DNA of 64,000 nucleotides from Naegleria gruberi (Eukaryota): NCBI GenBank assembly GCA_000004985.1, contig GG738863.1; one strand, 5' to 3'. Shown piece by piece: positions 56,510 to 64,000 of this stretch (position 1 is its first letter; each line of letters starts with the position of its first letter). The notes under the pieces were generated by a model. It saw only the letters and a program-made list of their open reading frames with translations, ran no database searches and was not told where the DNA came from. The position numbers and the translations under genes were made by a program.

Positions 56510-57415
56510 TTACCAAAAAACGCTAGTAATCTTACTAATAAAACCAGTGACACCACTTCCATTCTCTTCCTTTGGTTGTTGTTGTTGCTTCTTTTTCCTT
56601 CTGGCTTGCAAACTGTTATCTTCACAGGCAACTAAACTTTGCATGTAACTGGAGGCTTTGGTTGGTTGTTTTTGGGCGGCTTGAGTCTTTTCAGGTGAAA
56701 GATATTGTGGTTGATAGTTTTCCTTATCATAGTTAATATTGTTATACTCGGTTTCACAAACACTATCAGAAATAACAGAGATGGTGTAAGAGTTCTTAGC
56801 TAATTCTTCCAGAATCTTATCTGTTGAGGTTCTAGTGTATACAGTGACTTGTTTCTTAGGTACATTGAATGTGTAGGAGATGGTTCCTTTGAGTTGCAAG
56901 ATTAATTCTTCTAATCTTTGTCTTTGTTTTTCATTTGTCAATTGTTCAATTTGAAGAACAACATTTCTCTTCTTTCTTCTCTTCTTCTTCTTAGCATCGA
57001 TATTAGAAGCATTGATTTGTTCATTCATTGGTGCTTGAACAGAAATGAGATCATTTGGAAGAAGTTCCAATTGTTCACGGCCTAGATTCATATACAAATT
57101 ATTGATAATTTCATGGATGAGTGTACACAATGTATTTGTCTTATCAACTTCAGACTTGTACAAAGCAACAAGTGATTCTATAATATTAGGTTCCTTGGAC
57201 ATTAAATCGGTATTGTCTGGATGAGAGGAGAGCATCTTGATTGTTTCGCAAGCAATAATCTTTACATTGGTAGAGTAATGTGGTTGAGAGAGGAAGGAAA
57301 CAAGAGATGTAGTAACACCTCTACGAACAATGACTGGCTGATTGTCTCTGTCGAGGGCCAATGTTCGAAGCTTGGTAACTACTCTGTGGACATCGACGGC
57401 AACTGTTTCCTTCAT
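56510..57415 (-). CDS. Armadillo-repeat / HMA-like domain protein (ARMC1-like), 301 aa
   Basis: True ATG at 57415. N-terminal ARM-like helices. VVLQIEQLTNEKQRQRLEELILQLKGTISYTFNVPKKQVTVYTRTS resembles a heavy-metal-associated-like fold. K/R-rich stretch and Q-rich tail. Confidence 0.45.
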   Translation of the reverse strand: MKETVAVDVHRVVTKLRTLALDRDNQPVIVRRGVTTSLVSFLSQPHYSTNVKIIACETIKMLSSHPDNTDLMSKEPNIIESLVALYKSEVDKTNTLCTLIHEIINNLYMNLGREQLELLPNDLISVQAPMNEQINASNIDAKKKKRRKKRNVVLQIEQLTNEKQRQRLEELILQLKGTISYTFNVPKKQVTVYTRTSTDKILEELAKNSYTISVISDSVCETEYNNINYDKENYQPQYLSPEKTQAAQKQPTKASSYMQSLVACEDNSLQARRKKKQQQQPKEENGSGVTGFISKITSVFW

Positions 57416-58277
57416 TTTGTGATGATGTGATGGAAGGCTGAGGGTAAAAATGCTTGTTTTTTTTTATTGAGAAAAATGAATAGATTTTTAAATTATGTGT
57501 AACGGATAGAGTTTTAGAAAATGTAACGGAAAGAGCGCCAAAACAATTACAACGGTAATTATTTAATATTATTTAAATTAGAATTTATTGAAGATTTAAT
57601 AGATTAAACTGAATATCAATGACAGATAACTACCATTAAAAGCTACACAACCAATAATAATGGTTTAACAACCTCCCGCCATTTCTTGCCATTACAAATT
57701 CCAAAAGCAAAAAAAGAATTAAATAATGAACACTAACGGATTTGCTTTTGGAAGCAGTCATCACCAACAAAGGCAATCTTGTTGCCTTCTCAATCTGACA
57801 ATCATCACACAATATTCCAACATCCATCAGAACATCAGCAACACATTCAATCCTTTCCGAGAGTGAGAAGGAGTAATCCCTATCTTTTCAATCATCATTA
57901 TTCTTCATCACAGGATGAAATTACTTGCTTCTCGAATAATCATCATCAAATAGATAAAAGAGAGGTATCCTATTATCGTAAGTAGTATTCATATGATCAG
58001 TAGTAGAATAGAACCATATAATTATCACTAGAACAAACACTAAACATGATGAAACAAGCCCAAAAAGATATTGTTGCCAATAATTCTACCAATCCAATGA
58101 TGATTGATTCGGAACAGACAACAACAGAGCAAAAAGCACCAAAAAGCAAGGATATCAGAGACTATTTTTCTAGAAGGTATTAATTTAATCTTCAGACCTG
58201 TACAATAATAGAATACAATTTATGTAGTTTAATAATTTAAATTTTGAACTAATTAGTGATTAGGTTCGTTGGTTGGT

Positions 58278-58808
58278 TTACTTCTTGTTAAGATTTTCCA
58301 AAAGCCATTCCTCAGTTAAATCCTCATAATCACGAATTTCGTAACTTCTTGGTACGTCCAATTTTCTTGCCAATGTTAAAAAAAGTCAGCTGCCAAATAA
58401 AACTTACCTAATCAATGGCAATTTCAATCTAGAGTACATCACTGTTTGTGAAAAATGTCACTATGATAAATAATCAACACAATAAAACATACTTTGGTCA
58501 TATGGATTAGCATTCTTTGGAGTGTAGAAAATAGACATGAGTGGATATTGAACTCTATCACTTCTTTGCCAAGCATAGGACAAGATAATAAATCTTGGTT
58601 GGAGGTTACAATCATCAAGGAAAGTTTGCAAATCATCAAAATTGGTTTCTTCTAATTTATCATCAATAATAATAGATCCATCATCCTTTTTAATCTTGAG
58701 AATGAGAGCAACCATTGATTTGCTGCTACTCAAACGAACCTTCTTATATTCCTTCAAAACTTCTTCTCCGAGGATAATATCAGATTGTGCTTCTGTTGTA
58801 GTGGCCAT
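58278..58808 (-). CDS. ADF-H domain protein (GMF/cofilin family), 3 exons
   Basis: ATG at 58808 (track ORF 58461..58808). Exon 1 ends ...PRFIILSYAWQRSDRVQYPLMSIFYTPKNANPYDQSMFY. A middle exon encodes (L)MYSRLKLPLI. Terminal exon RSYEIRDYEDLTEEWLLENLNKK* after a GTAAGT..ACCAAG intron. The first junction works only with a weak GTGTTG donor (39-nt intron). The whole aligns to GMF [40 protein letters not shown]. Confidence 0.55.
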
Positions 58809-59263
58809 ATTTTTTATGAATAATGAAACTTTTCAACACAAACCAATCACCGACAATGAGAGGAGAATGTTTGATGGATTTTGAGTTATCGATGTCGATT
58901 CCAAATTGCGAGAAGCTCCTCTTGTATTGAAAACTCCTTTCCATATTTATGATTATGGAGTAAGGAAGAATCTGCATCAATGCAAGTGCTTTGTAAAAAA
59001 GCCTTATTGTTTGAACACTAAAGAAAAAGAATGAATTGTGTTGTTTGAATTCGTAAATAAACCAATTATTCATCATCCAATATCCTCTTCTTATCCTACC
59101 TCTATAAAAAATATTGTAAAGTTAATAGTATTTAAATATTTAAATATTAGTAAATAGTAACACACAATAAAATTAATATGAATATTAATTTCAATCAAGA
59201 TTGATTTAAATACGCCGAATAAATATTTTCATCATTTCGGGACCTGAAACAATTTAGAAAAAA

Positions 59264-60499
59264 ATGATGAGAAATATGAAGACGCTCTTGAAGCCATCAT
59301 CGTCATTGGCTTGCATCACTAGACAACCACAACAATTCGCCACCAAACTTTTCAATAACAGTAGTAATATTCGTAATTTTTCATTATCGAGAATTAGTAA
59401 ACAACAACAACAATCCGAACAAAATAGTGGTGGATCATCGGAATCGTCAGGAAAAAGACAAAGTCCATTCAGAAGGCTTTTAAAGACTTCCTTGTTGTTG
59501 TCATTGGGTATTTCAACTGTGGCCATTGTTTGGTCAGTAAGACAATATAATCAAGAACCAAATGACTCAGTTTTGGATAAGGTTTTCAAGAACTTGTATG
59601 GTCCATATAGAAATTATGTTCAATTGACCACTCCTCAACCAAATATTGAGGAAACTTTAGTTTATAATAATGATATGCTTTCCTTTGATGCCTCTAATAG
59701 TGCTGATCCAACTGATCCACTTTCTAATTTATTTGTCAAGCCAGGTCTTTTGATTAAAGAGGAAATTCACAATGTTGGAGGTACCTTTGAAGTTTTTGAT
59801 GATTATGGACATACTCTTGATTTAATTTGGATGCTTATGAGTAGAGATGAATTCAACAAGGCATCCAATAGTGTTGATTCAGGATCTAGAGAAGAATTAT
59901 TGAACGGAGAAGATTTTGAATTACTCGAATTTAGTATTAACAGAGGATTAAACCCAGAGGAAGAAATTGTTTATATGGAAAGAATTAATCCAAAGGTAAG
60001 CTCTTTATTTCTATAATAGTAGGTATTAATTATTGAGTAGAATATGGTTTCTTCAAAAGAATATGCAAGCTTACCAGAAAGTATCAAGAACAAACCAAAT
60101 TGTGTAGTTGCTGTTATCAAAACACCAAATGCCTATGCTCATAAGAAGGATTATTTCGAAACAAGATATGGTGTTGATTCTGCTAAAAAAATCACTTCAC
60201 CTCCAAATCGTGACTTGTACAGAGCTATGGTCTTGACAACATACTTTAACTATTACATTGCTATTGGTAGAGCTTATCCAAATCAAATGATTAATTTCGA
60301 TTTGGCTAAAAAGGATTTAAGCAGAGAAGAAATGCAAAAGGTTTTGAGTTTTATTCCAGAATCTCAACAAGCTACCTTCCAAGCTATTGCTCGCCAAAGT
60401 ACCTCCAAATCATATGAAGTGATAAGAGATCTCAGAAATACTGCTTTGAAATTGTATGCTGATAGATTGACATTTAAAGTTCCTCCAGAGGACAATTAA
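59264..60499 (+). CDS. Hypothetical mitochondrial protein (presequence plus one TM helix), about 396 aa; 2 exons 59264..59995 and 60041..60499 (intron GTAAGC..GAGTAG, 45 nt)
   Basis: Both track ORFs (59264..60016, 60044..60499) are in the same frame, separated by in-frame stops that lie inside a 45-nt GT..AG intron. N-terminus MMRNMKTLLKPSSSLACITRQ resembles a presequence. Confidence 0.55.
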
Positions 60500-60518
60500 A
60501 TCAATCTTAATGTACATG

Positions 60519-62507
60519 TTAAATCTTTAATGTGCTCAGTTTAGTGCAAACAACATCTTTGAAGTTAGATTGTTTTTGAATAAGGTGGAATGCTCGGACA
60601 AACTCATATCTAATGGCATCTAATCCAGTAATAGAAACATTTCTGGCTGTGTTAAACTCTGTTTCGAATGGATCTTCTACAGCAAACAATGCTTTCCAAG
60701 ATTTATCTTCTTTCGAGAAGATTCTATTTCCTGAGTTTCTAATGCTAATGGCGTTATTTTCATAATCAAACTCAAAGGCATAGTACTTGAAGAATTTTAA
60801 CAATAGAGATCCAAGAGAGTCATCTTTCTTGGTTATCTTTTTGTTAATTTCATCAAGAGATTCTTCAAAGGAGCAATCATAATTGTTACCATCAAGTCCA
60901 TCCACTATTTTTGTTTTCATGTTTGTAAACACAGTTTTGTCTTGTAAGAATGGCAATACATCACATTGTTGGAGTAGGTGAATAACCATTATTACCAAAC
61001 AATAGGAGCTGAGTGTGCCTCCAAATGGGTCATTGATACATCTTTGCTTAGACCAGTATTTGATTAAAAATATTAATTGCTTGCATCTAATATCAATATT
61101 GCAATAGAGTCCAATTAATCTCGTATTGTAAACTGCCAAAATATTATTTACACCAATGTCACAGTTAATTTTGAGATTTTGTTCGGTAAATGTTACAATA
61201 GGAATTCTTGCAGTAAATATTCCCTTCACGTCTGTATAGTTTAGTTTTGATTCTAAAAATTGTTTGAGTTGTGAAACATAATTTTTCTTGTGATATTGTT
61301 CTTGGGATAGCTTCTTCTTAGGCTTGGACTTCTTTTTAACTTCAGTCTTTTGAGATTCTTCTCCCTCCTCATCTTGCTCCTCTACAACTTCTTCTTCAGC
61401 TGTTTCTGTATTTTCATTGGGTTTTTCTTCCTCTACTTCTTTAGAGACTGGTATTTTCTTCATTCTATCTGGTGTTAATTCCACAACAAGACAAAAATCA
61501 ACGTCACAATATTCATTCTTTCCTTGTAATTGTCTTAAGCATAGTCCATTAGCACTTGATCCAAACATGTAAAGTTTAGCATCACTCCACTTGTTAATTA
61601 TTAACTTTTCAAAATTTTTGAAGAATTCATTTCTCTTTTCAATCTCCTTTTGTGTAGGAATGAGTTCATTATAAAGTTTCAATATGGATGGTGTTACACT
61701 ACTTGTCAAAAATGAATCTATTGGTTTGAGCTTTTCTGGTATGGTTAACATTCTCTCATCGAGCTCAACTCTATAGGCTCCAAATTTAAAATTAATAGGT
61801 TGATCCTTTTTCTTATTTTTTGTAGGCTTTTTTTGTGTTTTTTCTGGAGAGGTATCAGATTGTTCAGTAGTTGAATTAGTAATTGAATTTTGAACAGTTT
61901 CAGTAAGTTGTTCTTTTGGAGGGTTGACAAATTCTTTTTGTGAAGGAGTCTCGACAGCCTTATTTTGAACTGGTTTGGGTTGTTCTCCTCCCAGCAAAAG
62001 TGATTTTAATTCATTTTCAATTTGTTTTGCATTAGTTTGATTTTCTTGGGGATGTTGATTAGGATAGTAGTAAGGATACATTGGATTGTACATCATAGTT
62101 GGCTGACCTGTTTGATAATAACTATTCAGAGCATCCATGTTAGGAGGATATCCAAACATTTGATGGACTTGTTGAATGGTGTTGTAATCATAAAAATTAT
62201 AAGGTGGTCGATTAAATATTTCACTGTTCATCATCTGATTTTGATAGTAATTTTGTTGCATAAAACTCGTATCGTAATAAACAGGCTGTTGACTGAAATG
62301 TGGTTGTCCATTATTTTCCATTCCGTTCGGAGGCTGATGATAATGTTGTGATGGCACATTCCAATTATTTAAATTATTATTTGTACTATTACCGTTCACA
62401 TGAGAAGATGTCGTGGATGGAAATTGATTTCGAAGGCTAGAATTCATCGTTTGATGATGATGTTGTGGTGGATTTGAATGCTGCTGTTGCGTTTGTCGTT
62501 GTTGCAT
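60519..62507 (-). CDS. Cid1/Gld2-family non-canonical poly(A)/poly(U) polymerase (terminal nucleotidyltransferase), 662 aa
   Basis: True ATG at 62507. Q/N/Y/P-rich N-terminal 170 aa. Polymerase-beta-like NTase motif LYMFGSSANGLCLRQLQGKNEYCDVDFCLVV (GS...D.D). PAP-associated domain around SSYCLVIMVIHLLQQ. Acidic insertion EEEVVEEQDEEGEE. Confidence 0.7.
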   Translation of the reverse strand: MQQRQTQQQHSNPPQHHHQTMNSSLRNQFPSTTSSHVNGNSTNNNLNNWNVPSQHYHQPPNGMENNGQPHFSQQPVYYDTSFMQQNYYQNQMMNSEIFNRPPYNFYDYNTIQQVHQMFGYPPNMDALNSYYQTGQPTMMYNPMYPYYYPNQHPQENQTNAKQIENELKSLLLGGEQPKPVQNKAVETPSQKEFVNPPKEQLTETVQNSITNSTTEQSDTSPEKTQKKPTKNKKKDQPINFKFGAYRVELDERMLTIPEKLKPIDSFLTSSVTPSILKLYNELIPTQKEIEKRNEFFKNFEKLIINKWSDAKLYMFGSSANGLCLRQLQGKNEYCDVDFCLVVELTPDRMKKIPVSKEVEEEKPNENTETAEEEVVEEQDEEGEESQKTEVKKKSKPKKKLSQEQYHKKNYVSQLKQFLESKLNYTDVKGIFTARIPIVTFTEQNLKINCDIGVNNILAVYNTRLIGLYCNIDIRCKQLIFLIKYWSKQRCINDPFGGTLSSYCLVIMVIHLLQQCDVLPFLQDKTVFTNMKTKIVDGLDGNNYDCSFEESLDEINKKITKKDDSLGSLLLKFFKYYAFEFDYENNAISIRNSGNRIFSKEDKSWKALFAVEDPFETEFNTARNVSITGLDAIRYEFVRAFHLIQKQSNFKDVVCTKLSTLKI

Positions 62508-62744
62508 TTTTTCTCAAACTCTTCAAATCCAGCCTGGAGGTGCATTAATTTGGCGCCAATCAATTCTTCCACCAAATTGAACCTTTAACATCATTCGCTA
62601 CTGTAGCAATCAATTAATTCTATTCATCATCAAATTCTTTTATTCAAAACTTATTTAATATATGAAAAGAAGTGAACAGGGAAATTGTAACAAAATCATC
62701 AATCTATCCATCATCAGCAATTTATATAATAAAATTATTAAAAA

Positions 62745-63827
62745 ATGTCTTCATCATCAGCATCAACCAATTATCCACCTCTCGAAGTTGATAAACATGT
62801 AAAATACTTTATGGGACATTGTAGTGTACTTCCACACTTTTATGGTTCTCAAGATACCAACAGAATGACAATATTGTATTTTATAATTTCCGGCTTGGAT
62901 GTTCTCGGAAAAGTTGATCTGGCTTTGAATGATGAGAGAAAAAAGGAAATTATTGAATGGGTTTATTCTAATCAAATTGGACCAGATCAAAATGAAAGTA
63001 ATTTGGAGAAGTGTGGATTTAGAGGAGGTAATTTTATTGGTTTACCAATTGGCTGTTATGAATGTTGTCATGAACATCCACTCTCTGAAAATCAGATCAG
63101 ATATGATGTTGGACATATTGCTATGACTTATACTGCTCTTGCAATTTTAAGAATTCTTGGAGATGATTTCTCTAGAGTTAATAAGAAAAGTATTATTGGA
63201 GCTTTGAAATACTTACAAGATAAGAATGGTTGTTTTAAAGCAACTTGTTTTGGAAGTGAGACTGATATTAGATTTACATTTTGTGCTTGTGCTATTTCAG
63301 CATTTTTGAATGATTGGAGTGGTGTAAATAAGGAATTAGCTTTTGAATATATTAAAAGCAGTCGTGGATATGATTATTGCTTCTCTCATGGTCCAGGATT
63401 GGAATCTCATGGAGGAAGTACTTATTGTGCAATTGCTGCGCTGGATTTGATGGGATATCTTGATAAATTGGATCATCAAGAAGAAATGAAGGAATGGTTA
63501 TTGAAAAGACAACTTTCTGGATTCCAAGGAAGACCACAAAAGGATGCTGATACTTGTTATTCATTCTGGGTTGGTGGTACTTTACAAACACTTGATTGCT
63601 TACAATATGTGGATGAAGTACAAACAAAATTGTTCACATTATCTTGTCAAACTGAATATGGCGGTATAAGTAAGGTCAAAGATACCTATCCAGATGTATT
63701 GCACACTTACATGTCATTAGCAGGTTTGAGCATGCTAGGATTTGAGGGTTTGAACAAGGTTTTCCCATCTTTAAATATTACTGAAAGAGCTGCTAAAGGA
63801 CTTGAATGCTTTGATTCAAGACAATAA
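62745..63827 (+). CDS. Geranylgeranyltransferase type I beta subunit (CDC43/PGGT1B ortholog), 360 aa
   Basis: True ATG at 62745. Aligns along its length with PGGT1B: DKHVKYFMGHCSVLPHFYGSQDTNRMTILYFIISGLDVLGKVDL...IIEWVYSNQI...CGFRGG...GGFQGRPQKDADTCYSFWVGGTLQTL (prenyltransferase alpha-alpha toroid repeats). Confidence 0.8.
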   Translation: MSSSSASTNYPPLEVDKHVKYFMGHCSVLPHFYGSQDTNRMTILYFIISGLDVLGKVDLALNDERKKEIIEWVYSNQIGPDQNESNLEKCGFRGGNFIGLPIGCYECCHEHPLSENQIRYDVGHIAMTYTALAILRILGDDFSRVNKKSIIGALKYLQDKNGCFKATCFGSETDIRFTFCACAISAFLNDWSGVNKELAFEYIKSSRGYDYCFSHGPGLESHGGSTYCAIAALDLMGYLDKLDHQEEMKEWLLKRQLSGFQGRPQKDADTCYSFWVGGTLQTLDCLQYVDEVQTKLFTLSCQTEYGGISKVKDTYPDVLHTYMSLAGLSMLGFEGLNKVFPSLNITERAAKGLECFDSRQ

Positions 63828-64000
63828 ACACTTAATTTATTTAGATCCTTATTGGAGACTATCCTAAATAATAAAGAAATGGAAGAAACAATAATTGATG
63901 ACGAAGGGGAAGAGGAAGAACTAACACCAACAACGATTTTAAGGTTAACAACATTGGGGTGCTGATAACTGGCAAATACAGATAGTTTATTGAAAATCTG

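Noticed and set aside
57636-57985. ORFs 57636..57827 (-) and 57779..57985 (+); GTAAGT at 57979
   Set aside because: The only ATG (57726) is in a different frame from the long H/Q-rich ORF. No consistent exon model could be built. Probably intergenic.
1-64000. ORF-track start coordinates generally
   Set aside because: Many track ORFs begin at TTG/GTG (for example 2368, 10755, 14750, 17925, 21516, 25081, 30336, 32358, 35398, 41610, 46047, 52674). For a eukaryotic nuclear gene these are not start codons, so real starts were moved to ATG.
63860-64000. Possible start of another plus-strand gene (ATGGAAGAAACAATAATTGATGACGAAGGG...) at 63879
   Set aside because: Only about 40 codons before the window ends and a GT at 63945. 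Too little sequence to support a call.
1-64000. CRISPR arrays, rRNA genes, transposons, prophage or operon structures
   Set aside because: None seen. No spaced direct repeats, no rRNA-like conserved stretches, no LTR/TIR structures or transposase/RT/integrase ORFs. The sequence is eukaryotic with monocistronic genes.

Overview
This is an AT-rich (about 35% GC), gene-dense eukaryotic nuclear segment. Start codons sit in a yeast/amoebozoan-like 'aaaaaATG' context, introns are rare and short (35-170 nt, donors GTAAGT/GTATGT), and many proteins carry N/Q/S-rich low-complexity tracts. The six-frame ORF track uses alternative starts: many of its 'M' residues are TTG/GTG codons, so real starts were placed at the first in-frame ATG with an A-rich context, or in small 5' exons found upstream. 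I can support about 40 protein-coding genes and two tRNA genes. The coding genes are a P-type Ca2+-ATPase (partial), a leishmanolysin (M8 peptidase) homolog, two Zn2Cys6 zinc-cluster regulators, a Rab-like GTPase, a short mitochondrial carrier, a MOSC-domain protein, a GFA-family protein, a receptor-type nucleotide-cyclase-like protein, F-box proteins, a macro-domain protein, a KCTD9-like BTB+pentapeptide-repeat protein, the glycine-cleavage P protein, an MRS2-type Mg2+ channel, a large WD40/helical-repeat protein, a G-patch/KOW protein, a trypsin-like protease, ATP23, a V-ATPase proteolipid (5 exons), RsmE, an ADF-H/GMF-like protein, a Cid1-family nucleotidyltransferase and the GGTase-I beta subunit. 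The tRNAs are tRNA-Ile(AAU) and tRNA-Ala(UGC). No rRNA, CRISPR array or recognisable transposon is present. Most worth a second look: (1) several homologs of well-known enzymes have their catalytic or nucleotide-binding residues replaced while gene structure stays intact (leishmanolysin HMMYH instead of HExxH, Rab with degenerate G1/G3/G4, cyclase domain without metal-binding Asp, P-type ATPase lacking the MVTGDN hinge); (2) at least six genes only stay in frame if very short (20-39 nt) GT..AG segments with weak donors are removed, or alternatively contain frameshifts or 1-nt errors; (3) a roughly 90-nt direct repeat duplicates the 3' ends of two convergent genes. All identifications are by eye from translated sequence against remembered family motifs; no database search was run.
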